Shown here: in pieces, positions 8,994 through 19,223 of the stretch
Layout of the letters: every line of letters begins with the position of its first letter
Position numbering within the stretch: the first letter of the stretch is position 1
Source of the DNA: an uncultured archaeon
GTDB lineage: Archaea > Asgardarchaeota > Thorarchaeia > Thorarchaeales > Thorarchaeaceae
Direction: 5' to 3'
Assembly: GCA_964648855.1 (NCBI GenBank)
Contig: CAZYLT010000011.1
Coordinates: forward strand, 2,158-66,157
DNA length: 64,000 nucleotides
Position numbers and translations under genes: made by a program
The notes under the pieces: model-generated
The model's database searches: none
What the model was told of the DNA's origin: nothing
What the model saw: only the letters and a program-made list of their open reading frames with translations

Positions 8994-9350
8994 CTAAACG
9001 AAAATCTCCTTCACAATATCCTGCAGAATCAAATAGTCAGCGAAATTGCCACTTCCTCGCTGCAACCCCTCCGGATAGACTCTCTCCACTCGCTGCTTGA
9101 AGGCATTCAACTGCTGTCTTACTTCTGGAACCTCAGAAGTCACAAGGGCAGTGAATACCATATATTTGCCGATTTCATGCATCATCTTCAGCTCTTTCGA
9201 GCGTATTTTCTCAGGGATCAAGGATGGATTTTTCTTGAAATCAGCATCAAAAAAGTGAGAATAAAGCGGTTGACCGGTGTTCAACTCAAGAATCAGACAA
9301 CCAAGTATGTTCGAAGGCATTTCTGTTCGAAATGAATCATGAAACATCAA
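8994..9350 (-). CDS. small roadblock/LC7-like protein (tentative)
   Basis: 118 aa; SNILGCLILELNTGQPLYS...KYMVFTALV pattern similar to the 4276..4668 protein. Confidence 0.3.
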   Translation of the reverse strand: MMFHDSFRTEMPSNILGCLILELNTGQPLYSHFFDADFKKNPSLIPEKIRSKELKMMHEIGKYMVFTALVTSEVPEVRQQLNAFKQRVERVYPEGLQRGSGNFADYLILQDIVKEIFV

Positions 9351-9512
9351 GTATTATTTCTTCTCTCTGGAGTAAGAGCATCCTCTTTTTCTTAATATGG
9401 CAGTTAATTCTACCAAGTGTTTACTTAATCCGACAATCAACGCAATAATCTTGTTGTGCAAACGGATTCATAGGAACACATGAAAGACATATAGCGATAT
9501 GCGACATCATCT

Positions 9513-10196
9513 TTGGATGTGATTTCATTGAGTGTGACTATTCGTTTGCTGGCGCATGCTAGTGTCCAGATCAAAACTGAGAATCAGAATATCTACATAG
9601 ACCCCTCAACAAAAGGAACAGGTCTCAAGAAAGATGATTTCGAATCAGCAGACTTGATCCTAGTTACACATGGTCATCAAGACCACTTTGACAAGGGGAT
9701 TATCAAGAAGATTCGGAAATTGGGGTCTCCTATCATAGCTCCTGAGAATTTGAAAAAAGAGATGGGCGGTGGTATTGTGTGGGGTATGAGCGCTGGCGAG
9801 CACATGGTGATTAATGATGGAACAGTCATCTGGGCAGTCCCAGCGTATAATGTAAAGAGATTTCGCAAACCAGGAGAGCCATTTCACCCACTTGGTCAAG
9901 GCCTCGGTTATATCATAAAAGTTGAAGGTAAGAAGATCTACCACGCTGGTGACACGGACCTAATTCCACAGATGAAGGAGCTGCCTGAACTTGATGTTGC
10001 TCTGGTTCCCAGTGGGGGAACATATACCATGGACATGACAGAGGCATCACAAGCAGTCCTCTTAATGAAACCAAAGGTTGCAATACCGATGCATCTGAGA
10101 GGTGCTGACCCAGAAGCGCTAAAGACCGCTGTAGAGAGAGAATCATCCACCAAAGTCTTGATTTTGGACGAAAGAGAGAGCTATTCCCTGGAGTGA
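9513..10196 (+). CDS. metallo-beta-lactamase fold hydrolase
   Basis: LVTHGHQDHF (HxHxDH) motif plus downstream His/Asp ligand spacing. Confidence 0.7.
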   Translation: MDVISLSVTIRLLAHASVQIKTENQNIYIDPSTKGTGLKKDDFESADLILVTHGHQDHFDKGIIKKIRKLGSPIIAPENLKKEMGGGIVWGMSAGEHMVINDGTVIWAVPAYNVKRFRKPGEPFHPLGQGLGYIIKVEGKKIYHAGDTDLIPQMKELPELDVALVPSGGTYTMDMTEASQAVLLMKPKVAIPMHLRGADPEALKTAVERESSTKVLILDERESYSLE

Positions 10197-10275
10197 TTCC
10201 CGTTTATTCGTTCACCAGTATAAGATGCCAAGACTTCTTATTCGTGCCAGTCCTACCTTAGTTAGGTAAGTAGCC

Positions 10276-10719
10276 ATGTTTTTGGTGGTTGTAACAAGCC
10301 TAATTGCATGGTTCGCTATTCGACGATGGGGAGTAAAATATGCCTTAGTCGCATTCGTATTTGTGGGTATTGGAACCTCTTATGTGATAGTCAATAATGT
10401 TTGGACAGCTGGCGTTTATAGTCATGACGTTGCCCCTCCGCTTGATACGGAATACTCTATAACATATTACAAATCAACTGCATTGTTTCCGTTTGTCATT
10501 CAGAAACAGCATAATTGGACTGCAAAAACGTTCGTACACCAGGTTCGATTACTGAACCATGACGGCCAGCTCATTATTGAATCAGGTGGTGATGACCAAA
10601 GTGAGATCATGCATCTTTCTCTCATCGGTATTTCATTATTATTCTGTCTTTTTGGTATTCAGTTGAGTGTAGTGCTTATTATCTTCGCCGAAGTCGCCCG
10701 ATGGCTGCTTAAAAAGTGA
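10276..10719 (+). CDS. hypothetical membrane protein
   Basis: Hydrophobic N- and C-terminal helices. Confidence 0.3.
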   Translation: MFLVVVTSLIAWFAIRRWGVKYALVAFVFVGIGTSYVIVNNVWTAGVYSHDVAPPLDTEYSITYYKSTALFPFVIQKQHNWTAKTFVHQVRLLNHDGQLIIESGGDDQSEIMHLSLIGISLLFCLFGIQLSVVLIIFAEVARWLLKK

Positions 10720-10799
10720 TGAATATCGCGATTCATCAAAAAGATAGAGATGACTGCTTCTTGAAGAGTGGATTCCTCTACGAAGTAAGTCGTGCCATT

Positions 10800-10988
10800 T
10801 TATCCGCGAACACGTTTTCCATTGACCTTTTTCTTTGCCCAGCTATACTGCCTAAGTTTAGCTGACGCTCCAAACCCACAGGCTGCACATACCTTCTTTC
10901 TCACATGATAGGATCTCCTACCGCATCTGCGGCACCTGATATGGTGTGGATTATTTTTCTTGCCTTTTGATGGAGTTCCTTTACCCAT
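10800..10988 (-). CDS. rpl37e: 50S ribosomal protein L37e
   Basis: [39 protein letters not shown]: classic L37e C4 zinc ribbon. Confidence 0.85.
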   Translation of the reverse strand: MGKGTPSKGKKNNPHHIRCRRCGRRSYHVRKKVCAACGFGASAKLRQYSWAKKKVNGKRVRG

Positions 10989-11003
10989 TATTATGCGCTC
11001 CTG

Positions 11004-11261
11004 TTACTTCTTAGCACTCTTTGGTGGCGGACTTACAATAACCACATTGTCACCACGTACAATGACTGTGTGAATGGCTTCAATGCTTTCTGTTTCGCCT
11101 TCTGATTCGGGAGATATCTCGTCTGCATCCTCGAGAATGAGATTCAAGTGCTGATCATATCCGCGAAGCTTTCCTTTGATTTTTCTATCTCCCCTCAGTT
11201 CAACTAATACTTGTGATCCAATTGATTTCTGGAGGAGGTCCATAGGTCTACCTGCGTTCAC
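11004..11261 (-). CDS. Sm-like protein (archaeal LSm/SmAP)
   Basis: Sm1/Sm2 motifs (VLVELRGDRKIKGKLRGYDQHLNLIL ... TVIVRGDNVV); conserved L37e-LSm gene pair. Confidence 0.8.
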   Translation of the reverse strand: MNAGRPMDLLQKSIGSQVLVELRGDRKIKGKLRGYDQHLNLILEDADEISPESEGETESIEAIHTVIVRGDNVVIVSPPPKSAKK

Positions 11262-11799
11262 TTACTTCACCGTTTACAGAATCTCAGTCGGAGCAGGGTG
11301 CTCTCTCGATTCTTCACGAAGCTTTTGAGCTTATCTTAAAAACATGACGATGTAATAACCTGTTTTGGACAGATATTGCGAATTTGAGGTGCCTCAATCT
11401 TTTGTTTTCTAAGCATTCTTTTAGAGAGTCTGACAGGTCGTACAATAGAATGTTCGCCGGTCATATTCTCCAATGTTCTCTCTTTCAATCTTCGTGCCAC
11501 ATTCGCATTTTTGTCGATATTACACCAAGTCTTGGTTTGAATGAGGGACAAAGGTGTTTGTCCTACTGGCACTTTCTGGGATCGGTCTTGTCCAGCCAAA
11601 TAAGAGAATGATTGAGGCTGGGTTCAGAATTAGAATGCACAACTACGTCATCTTTGCACTGGATATCTTCACAAGCTTGGCGAAGGATATACCAAGAGCA
11701 ATCATGACAGTGCAGACCGTTTTCTTTTAACGACTCACCTCCGATAAACAAGTTCTGTTCCGTAGCTTTGAAAAGGAAACGATAGACAGCTATTATCAA

Positions 11800-12303
11800 A
11801 TGCCATCTATTGAACGCATCAAAAAACGGCACCTCCTCAAAAAGAGAGACCATCGAGAAGAGGTTGAAAGAATAGAAGAGCGACTTGGTATCCTGGTCGG
11901 ACTAGGCGAAGACGATAGATTCGAAGAAGGAATCTTGGACGACGGGACAAGAATTTTGATTCTGGGTGATGATATTCTTTTCTTTGAGAAAGACAAAAGA
12001 TTGTTCCCGACAGTACACGCCTTGCTGAAGGACATGGTGAAGATTCCTGAAGTTACTGTTGACATGGGCGCAGTACGTTTCGTCATAAACGGTGCAGATA
12101 TCATGCGTCCCGGGATTACCAAAATCGATGACGGAATAGAGAAGGATTCAGTAGTGGGCGTTATTGAAGAGCGGCACGGGAAGGCCTTGGCTGTCGGAGT
12201 GGCTCAGCTAGACTCTCAAAACATGCGTGCTGCAGACACTGGCAAGGTCATTCTCAATGTGCATCATGTGAATGACGAGCTTTGGGACTTCAGCAAGGAC
12301 TAA
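11800..12303 (+). CDS. PUA-domain RNA-binding protein (Tma20/MCT-1-like)
   Basis: C-terminal PUA signature VINGADIMRPGI...GKALAVGVA. Confidence 0.55.
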   Translation: MPSIERIKKRHLLKKRDHREEVERIEERLGILVGLGEDDRFEEGILDDGTRILILGDDILFFEKDKRLFPTVHALLKDMVKIPEVTVDMGAVRFVINGADIMRPGITKIDDGIEKDSVVGVIEERHGKALAVGVAQLDSQNMRAADTGKVILNVHHVNDELWDFSKD

Positions 12304-12307
12304 TCAA

Positions 12308-14989
12308 CTACTCCTTCTGCATTTCCTGTCGCACATGCTGTAGTGCTGACTTGTAGATTTGTTTCGCCAACTGAAACTCTAAGCCACAGTTCTTGGCGAA
12401 TCTGTTTCGAGCCAGCCCCTTCTTGCTTGCGTCAACATCTTTTTTCAGAATGTCTGAAATGCTTCGGTATCCGTTACCATAAAGCGTTCTCATTTCTTGT
12501 TGGGAGAGATGTCGCTTCTCATTTTCACTCAACCGAATCACAAGATTTGGAAGAGTTGTTGCTGCCATATCTGATCGTAAGCCATATTCCATCTGCAGTG
12601 AGAGAGTTCTGAATCTCTCCATCAACGGCATATTTCCAAGCTTCTGTTGGTAAGACTGGAAGTCTGCTGAGAGCCCTTTGCATATGTCGGCTAGCGCCAT
12701 CAGGTCTCCCTCTTCAATGTCGCTTCCTCCTGATGGTCTATCACTTGAGGATTCCTCAGTCGCCACATGCAAGGCTTCGTCCAATATCTCGGGAACGCTA
12801 TTCTCCTGAGTCCATCCCCTCAGAACTGCTTGTTTAATGAGCTGTCGTCTACGTACAAGCTCTTTATACCAATTTTCTACTTCATCCAAACCTGTGCTCT
12901 TCAGTTCAATCTGGGTGGGGAGATATGTTCGCGGTCTGGCTGCTTGAGGAAGTGGGAGCTCCAATAGAATATCGAGAAACACTTCGGTGTCATTATCAGC
13001 GCCCAATGCAGTGATCTCATCTTCATGCTCAGCATAGTGGATCGAATCGAGTCCTGATTCTGCAGCAGCACGCATATTTTTCGAGAGCTTGAATCCCGAC
13101 TTTGTTCTTATGAAGCAGTTTCTATTTTCAAACCATTCGACCAAGCTATCGAACATGTTCGAAATGTAGGTCTCATAATCCTCGTCCTTTGACGCCCTGT
13201 AGCTTCTTTGTAGAATTGAAAGAACTCCAGTCTTGATTTTGGACAACATGAATGTCCGTTGCTTCAATGTCTGGCGGATGATTAGATTAGCCAGGATAAC
13301 TGGATAGATGGGCCCTGGTTCAAGGGGTCTGAGTGGTTCATGGAGTAATGTTTTTGCTAACTGGTCTGCTGTATTGAATTGACGGGTGGGCGATTCAAAA
13401 ACAAGGTAGACACTGCCACCCCGCTGTGCCAAGTAGTATTCACCTATTCGACCTGCAATCTGCAAGTATCTTGACCTTGTCACCAAGAATCCCATGGACC
13501 GGTCAAAAAGGATTACTACAGCATCAAAGGGGAAACTGGTACCAGCAGTAATTCCTGTCGTTGAAACGACAAACCTAACATTCTTCTTTCTAATCTCATC
13601 TTCCAATCGCCCTCGAACCCCAGAGTCAAGTCCTGCGTGATGAAATGCGATGCCAGAATGCAGAACATCTCTCAAACGCTCTGCAAGCGGTAATCCTTTG
13701 GATTCATCAATGATACGATTTGTCACTGATTCATCAAGAGAACGTGCCCATCTTCTAGTTGCAGCTCTCGCTATCTGTTCTGCTTTGTATCGATACCCGA
13801 CCACTACAAGTATTGATTTATTCTGTACGTCATCAATGTGGTCAATCACGGCTTCAAGAGGATATTCTCTTCGTATTTCGTCGACGTGGGTTCCATCACG
13901 GCTTTGAATCTTGACGGTATCATCAATTTTCTCTACAATGAACTCATCGGGACATAGTCTAACGCTTGGACGAAATACCCGGGCGTCCAGCCACTCCGCC
14001 ATTGAGTCTGTATCACCAAATCTTGACGAGAGGGTGACGATCTGACTTGATTGTTTGAGGAGTGTGACTAACATATCCACCTTGACGCTTCTATCGCTAC
14101 CTAAATTGGATGGTCTTAATGTATCAACACCTGAATCCAGTTGAGTAATCTCATCCGCAATAACGAGTTCAATACCCTCTGTCCAAGTGGCTTTCTGCAA
14201 ATGCGATGATAGAATAGACTCATAGATTCCTACTATAAGGTCGGCTTGCTCTAATTCCCCATCTGTCACTGTTGTTGTGCCATCTAGTCGAGCTACCGAA
14301 TATCCAAGTTCTTCAAAGAGATCTCCATACTCATTGAGCACTTGCCTATTTATCGAAATATATGGGGTGACATAGAGCGCACGCGAACCACGTTGAAGCC
14401 TGGTCAACATGATAATCATGGCCAAAAATGTCTTGCCAGAACCTGGTGGCATCTGGATAATCAAATTCTCATCAATATCCCCAATCTCAAGGAGAAATTT
14501 CTGTTGGGCGGGTAGGGGGCGAATGAAATTCTTGTGTTTCAGAAGCACTTTGGCGGCTCTCTGAAACTCTGTATTTGCAGCAGTCGGTCCAAGCATGCTT
14601 CTCAAGGCAGACAGAACGAGTCTTCCCTCATGCGTTATCATGAAACTTCGCTGTTTTTTGCCCCTTGCGCCAAGAGCCTGAACAAACCCGGCTTTTACCA
14701 GCTTGTTCATTGTTTCGTAGAGGGTCCCTCCAGAAGCGAACCGTTTCCTTCGTTTCTCGTATTCGGCTTCTTTTTGTGATCGAGAGTCATGTTTGCTAGG
14801 TGGGGGTTTTGGATACCCCATTAGTTCTAGAATACCCTCTACAATTTCATCCCACCCTACTTCCGGAACCATTGCGCCCTCAGTGGGACTAAGCACCTCA
14901 AGAATCTCGATGGAGTAGCGATTTCCGAGTACTTTCAAGTGCCCTCTTAAATCACTGTAGACGTAATCATCTGCTTTTGGCTCGGGCAT
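12308..14989 (-). CDS. Ski2/Hel308-like SF2 helicase with N-terminal winged-helix extension
   Basis: Walker A MPPGSGKT, DExx box VIADEITQLD, motif VI IAFHHAGLDSGVR (Hel308-type HHAGL); N-terminal ~150 aa look like a wHTH (GKKQRSFMITHEGRLVL). Confidence 0.65.
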   Translation of the reverse strand: MPEPKADDYVYSDLRGHLKVLGNRYSIEILEVLSPTEGAMVPEVGWDEIVEGILELMGYPKPPPSKHDSRSQKEAEYEKRRKRFASGGTLYETMNKLVKAGFVQALGARGKKQRSFMITHEGRLVLSALRSMLGPTAANTEFQRAAKVLLKHKNFIRPLPAQQKFLLEIGDIDENLIIQMPPGSGKTFLAMIIMLTRLQRGSRALYVTPYISINRQVLNEYGDLFEELGYSVARLDGTTTVTDGELEQADLIVGIYESILSSHLQKATWTEGIELVIADEITQLDSGVDTLRPSNLGSDRSVKVDMLVTLLKQSSQIVTLSSRFGDTDSMAEWLDARVFRPSVRLCPDEFIVEKIDDTVKIQSRDGTHVDEIRREYPLEAVIDHIDDVQNKSILVVVGYRYKAEQIARAATRRWARSLDESVTNRIIDESKGLPLAERLRDVLHSGIAFHHAGLDSGVRGRLEDEIRKKNVRFVVSTTGITAGTSFPFDAVVILFDRSMGFLVTRSRYLQIAGRIGEYYLAQRGGSVYLVFESPTRQFNTADQLAKTLLHEPLRPLEPGPIYPVILANLIIRQTLKQRTFMLSKIKTGVLSILQRSYRASKDEDYETYISNMFDSLVEWFENRNCFIRTKSGFKLSKNMRAAAESGLDSIHYAEHEDEITALGADNDTEVFLDILLELPLPQAARPRTYLPTQIELKSTGLDEVENWYKELVRRRQLIKQAVLRGWTQENSVPEILDEALHVATEESSSDRPSGGSDIEEGDLMALADICKGLSADFQSYQQKLGNMPLMERFRTLSLQMEYGLRSDMAATTLPNLVIRLSENEKRHLSQQEMRTLYGNGYRSISDILKKDVDASKKGLARNRFAKNCGLEFQLAKQIYKSALQHVRQEMQKE

Positions 14990-15165
14990 CTATGACACTC
15001 ACCTATACCGAGTGAAGGAGTGTAAAATTTGTTTCGAGTCAAGGGACATCATTCAGAATCCTTAGTATGATGGCACTGAATAGAAGTTGCTCATTGTCTA
15101 CCCATGTATTACTCGGTCTTTTCTAAGCTTCTTGAGAAACACAACAAGACACGAGGCGATTTCAA

Positions 15166-15564
15166 ATGCGGTTCCTATTTGGTCGGAAGAAGAAAGAGGA
15201 TGAAGAAGAAGCTGCCGATGAAGGAGAACGGAAGAAAGGTCTAGGAATCTTCTCACCTGCTGTTGAAAAGAAGGAACTTGATCCACAACACGAATTCAGA
15301 CGTCTTGCTGAACTCGATAGCATATTCATCAGATCCAAGCGTTTGGAATCTCTGGACGACGTTCCTTTCATTGTGAATCAGGTGAAGAATGGTAATATCG
15401 TTTTGTTAGATATTCGCAAACTTAATGATGGGCGGGACCAAACCCATTTGGAGCTAAAGCGAATCATTGAACGTATCCGTGGAGAAACACGAAGTTATCA
15501 TGCAGACCTTGCTTTAGTCAATGATAACTGTGTGATTGTGGCGCCATCGTTTGTGAACTTCTAA
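15166..15564 (+). CDS. sepF: SepF-like cell-division protein
   Basis: C-terminal ~80 aa (IFIRSKRLESLDDVPFIVNQVKNGNIVLLDIRKL...ELKRIIERIRGETRSYHADLALVNDNCVIVAP) align block-for-block with the bacterial/archaeal SepF (DUF552) domain. Confidence 0.55.
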   Translation: MRFLFGRKKKEDEEEAADEGERKKGLGIFSPAVEKKELDPQHEFRRLAELDSIFIRSKRLESLDDVPFIVNQVKNGNIVLLDIRKLNDGRDQTHLELKRIIERIRGETRSYHADLALVNDNCVIVAPSFVNF

Positions 15565-15579
15565 TATCCGTATGACTAT

Positions 15580-17493
15580 CTACTTGAGTTTCGCTGACTC
15601 TGTGACCATTAGAGCTTTTGTTTCAATCTTCAAAGCCTTATGAATGGTTGAGGCCAGATTGAGGCATTTTGACGCCTCCCCATGGCATGTCAAGACTTTC
15701 TCCGGACTAGGATTCACTCTTTTGACGAAGTTGAGAATCTGTTTGCGGTCCGAGTGACCCGAGAATCCCTCAACCGTTTCCACTTGAAGATTCACCGGAA
15801 CTGATTGTGAATTTCCCTCTCTATCCCTCATCTGAATCTCCTTCCATCCCTTCTGGATTCTTCTGCCAAGTGTACCTTCACCTTGGTAGCTTACAAAGAT
15901 GAGAGTATTTTGTTTGTCCGGGGCCAACAGCCTGAAATAATCAACGCTAGGACCCCCCACAAGCATACCAGATGTTGCCATGATGATACAAGGTTCTCCC
16001 TCCACTATTTCTTCACGTTGGTCGGGAGTGTCAACCTGCACGAAAATATCATTGAGGAATGGATTAACTCCTTGATGGAAGATTAATTCTCTGATTTTCT
16101 TGCTCAACGCTTCAGGGTGTGTTGTATGAATGGCTGTTGCTTGAGCAATCATCCCCTCCAAATATACTGGGACTCTAGGTATTCGATTCTTGGTCACCAA
16201 ATCCTCAATCACTAGCATAATCTCTTGTGCTCTTCCTACCGCTAGAACTGGAATCAGGACCTTGGCTCCCCGTTTGATGGTTTTGCGTATGATTGAAGCA
16301 AACTTTCTCTCTACCTCTTGTCTAGGAGGCATCTTATCGGTTGGGTGGCCATAGGTGCTTTCGACTATCAATGTTTCAAGTCTTGGAAATGTGAATGTAG
16401 CCGGCTCCAATAATCGAGTTCTCCCAAATTTGAAGTCGCCCGTATACGCGAGATTGTATTGTCCATCGCCAATATGGAGATGTATGATTGCTGACCCCAG
16501 GATATGGCCTGCGTTATGAAGAGTCAGTCGAACATCTGGTGCGATATCAGTAACCTCACCGTAATTCAGTGCGATTGTGTGGAGTATTGCCTCTTTGACA
16601 TCTCTATCTCTATAAGGCCTGGCTTTTCCTTCTCGTTCTGCAACATCAAGATAATCAAGCTGCAGTAAAGTAGAAAGATTAAGCGTAGGAGCAGTCATGT
16701 AAACCGGTCCACGGTATCCGTACTTGAAGAGGTAGGGTACCATGCCACTATGATCTAGGTGCGCATGTGAAATGACAACTGCATCTAGTCCCTCGATACT
16801 GAACTCCGGCATATCGAGCCGTGGAAATGCTCTTGCAGGCGTACCGACATTGACCCCACAATCAACCAAGATATTGCTCTCAGCTGTTTGAAGGAACATA
16901 CATTGTCTTCCAACCTCGCGGAAGCCACCCATAGCCGTGAGCCTAACCCAACCATTCTCAATCAGTGTTGAACGATGAATCCGTCTGCCAATCTCTCGAA
17001 ATGCTTTCTTTCTCTGTGCAGCCTCGGATTGAATGATATAGCGGATTTGTTTTATGAGTTTACTCTCAATAGGTGGAGTTCTTTGAACACTTGGCCTCCA
17101 TAACGTCTGCCTCGTAATCTCTCTCAGAGTACTGCCGCCCCTGCCGATTACTAAACCAGGCTTCTGTGCTTCTATGATAATCTCACCACGCGACTCGTCA
17201 AAATCCAAGGATGTTATCTCCGCTTCATCAGGCACTAGCTTTCGGACTGTACTCTCGGCTTCATCATGAGGTAGCCTGACCTCCGGTGCAGATCTGACCA
17301 CAATCCGTTTTCTCATTTTTCTGGCCAATGACTTGATTCTGTCACCATCATCAAGTAGGATTTTTGGTGCCTTTGAGTAGATGGCAATTTCGGGCCCTTC
17401 ATATTCAACACCGCTGATTGCAGCTGATTTGGGCAGAGCCTTCATTATTGCCTCTCGTATATCAACCGATTCATTGTTATTGTGAGAAGTCAT
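15580..17493 (-). CDS. archaeal CPSF1 / FttA (KH-domain beta-CASP ribonuclease, transcription termination factor)
   Basis: N-terminal KH domains, MBL motif HAHLDHSG, beta-CASP region, 637 aa. Confidence 0.85.
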   Translation of the reverse strand: MTSHNNNESVDIREAIMKALPKSAAISGVEYEGPEIAIYSKAPKILLDDGDRIKSLARKMRKRIVVRSAPEVRLPHDEAESTVRKLVPDEAEITSLDFDESRGEIIIEAQKPGLVIGRGGSTLREITRQTLWRPSVQRTPPIESKLIKQIRYIIQSEAAQRKKAFREIGRRIHRSTLIENGWVRLTAMGGFREVGRQCMFLQTAESNILVDCGVNVGTPARAFPRLDMPEFSIEGLDAVVISHAHLDHSGMVPYLFKYGYRGPVYMTAPTLNLSTLLQLDYLDVAEREGKARPYRDRDVKEAILHTIALNYGEVTDIAPDVRLTLHNAGHILGSAIIHLHIGDGQYNLAYTGDFKFGRTRLLEPATFTFPRLETLIVESTYGHPTDKMPPRQEVERKFASIIRKTIKRGAKVLIPVLAVGRAQEIMLVIEDLVTKNRIPRVPVYLEGMIAQATAIHTTHPEALSKKIRELIFHQGVNPFLNDIFVQVDTPDQREEIVEGEPCIIMATSGMLVGGPSVDYFRLLAPDKQNTLIFVSYQGEGTLGRRIQKGWKEIQMRDREGNSQSVPVNLQVETVEGFSGHSDRKQILNFVKRVNPSPEKVLTCHGEASKCLNLASTIHKALKIETKALMVTESAKLK

Positions 17494-17612
17494 CTATTGT
17501 CACTTCTTGAGATAGGCCGGTAATTAACTCGTACCGGTTTCATAGTCAACCTTACCCAGAGGGCAAGTACTGTGTTTTCTGCGATAACTTGCTGTGCTAG
17601 AGAAGGAAATCT

Positions 17613-18248
17613 CTATTTCTTCCAAATCTTATCGATTGCTTCTTTTGGAATCTCTTCATAACCGTCCTCGTCAATGACACTGACAAGAATTGCATTACCG
17701 CTCGCGGCATCGCGCTCAATTGCTGATGCTATGGAACGCACTGCAAGCTCAATCGCTTTTTTCCTTGGAAGATCCTCCTTGTAGTCGGCTTCTAGAACAC
17801 CTAGAGCCACAGGAGAACCTGATCCAGTTGCTACATAATCATCTGGGATGACAGATCCAATATAGTCAGTATAGTAGACCTGAGCTCCCTCGTCATCAAA
17901 TCCTCCCACGAGACACTGCAACAGGTAGCTCCCTCTGGCTTGGAACATGATATTGCTCAATAATCTTGTGAGTGCCTTTACGCGCATAGGGCGTTCACGC
18001 TGGATTTCAAAGAGCTTTGCCTCCGCCTGTAGAATGTCCATGATGTTTTGGGCATCTGCAACGGAACCCGCAATAGTTGCACCAATTCGGTCAGTGATTT
18101 TATAGACCTTCTTTGCAGTTTTGCTTGCAATTAGTAGGCCCATGGTTGCGCGCTGATCACTAGCTAGGACTACACAGTCTTTACCTTTCAGGCCAACTGT
18201 AGTAGTACCAGTCTTCAATTCATCGGGTTCCTTTAGCGAATGTTCCAT
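17613..18248 (-). CDS. psmB: proteasome beta subunit
   Basis: Propeptide then TGTTTVGLKG catalytic Thr motif; GSG...NIMF core. Confidence 0.85.
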   Translation of the reverse strand: MEHSLKEPDELKTGTTTVGLKGKDCVVLASDQRATMGLLIASKTAKKVYKITDRIGATIAGSVADAQNIMDILQAEAKLFEIQRERPMRVKALTRLLSNIMFQARGSYLLQCLVGGFDDEGAQVYYTDYIGSVIPDDYVATGSGSPVALGVLEADYKEDLPRKKAIELAVRSIASAIERDAASGNAILVSVIDEDGYEEIPKEAIDKIWKK

Positions 18249-18377
18249 GTTAAGTAACTCCCTTAATGAGAATAGGTCTCGGAGAACTAGTGACGATTAA
18301 GTCGGTTCGACACAGAGTATTAAAAGCTTTTTACATCGCACAAGTTTCTTAGTACTCGCCTTCGCAGAAATGCTAAT

Positions 18378-19145
18378 CTATTCCTCGTCAGAATCTTCTT
18401 CCTTTGGCTCTTCCGGACGTTCAAAACTCACGACCATCTTAACCTCTTCTGCTTTTTCAAAGACCTTGAGTAGATCCGCTGCGATTCCAATCTCTGCATA
18501 TTGGATATTTTCAATATACCTCGTTTCCTTTGGAAGCTCGACAGTGACAGTCTTTCCTCTTATGCCTCCACTAAACTTCTCATCAGGAAGTGCAGGAATG
18601 CGACGTTTCACCACTGCCTTCATTTTCTCCTTCTTGCCACTTACAATTTCACGAACAATGACATCGAAAACCAGGGTCTTGCCTGCTAGGGGGCTATTGA
18701 AATCCACTCGAACCGTACGTCCCAAAACTGATGTTATTACGCCTCGCTCCTGTCCGAATGTTATTCTCTCTCCCTTTATCGGCTGAATACCCTGCTTGGC
18801 GAGTTTGGTAATTGCTATCTTTTTGATTTTCTTAGGATCTCTGGTGCCGGCTCCTTTCTCTGGTGGGACCTCGATAGTTTTCTTCTCTCCTACTTTCATT
18901 CCGACAAGCTCATCCTCGATTGCCTTCAGAAGCCAATTCCATCCAACCGCAACCAACATCGGTTCATAACGGTCGTCTTCTTTGTAAACTCCCTCTTCTT
19001 TGGCAACATCCTCCATAGTCAGGTCGAAGACCTCACCGTCTTCTTTTGTTCTTCCTACATAATCAACATAGACCAGGCTATTTTCTATAACAGCATCTTC
19101 AGATTTCTTGCTGGTCTTCTTTTTGCCAGATTTCTTATCGGCCAT
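18378..19145 (-). CDS. FKBP-type peptidyl-prolyl cis-trans isomerase (long archaeal type)
   Basis: VDYVGRTKEDGEVFD...LAGKTLVFDVIV FKBP motifs with inserted IF domain; start taken at MADKK. Confidence 0.75.
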   Translation of the reverse strand: MADKKSGKKKTSKKSEDAVIENSLVYVDYVGRTKEDGEVFDLTMEDVAKEEGVYKEDDRYEPMLVAVGWNWLLKAIEDELVGMKVGEKKTIEVPPEKGAGTRDPKKIKKIAITKLAKQGIQPIKGERITFGQERGVITSVLGRTVRVDFNSPLAGKTLVFDVIVREIVSGKKEKMKAVVKRRIPALPDEKFSGGIRGKTVTVELPKETRYIENIQYAEIGIAADLLKVFEKAEEVKMVVSFERPEEPKEEDSDEE

Positions 19146-19223
19146 ATTAATTCCACTCGCAAAGTAAAAACTGCGCTCAGCGGCTCTCACTATTGAGGTT
19201 ATAAAACCATTTCCTTGTAACAG

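Noticed and set aside
18370-18786. 138-aa plus-strand ORF
   Set aside because: It is antisense to the well-supported FKBP gene and its translation is Ser-rich low complexity.
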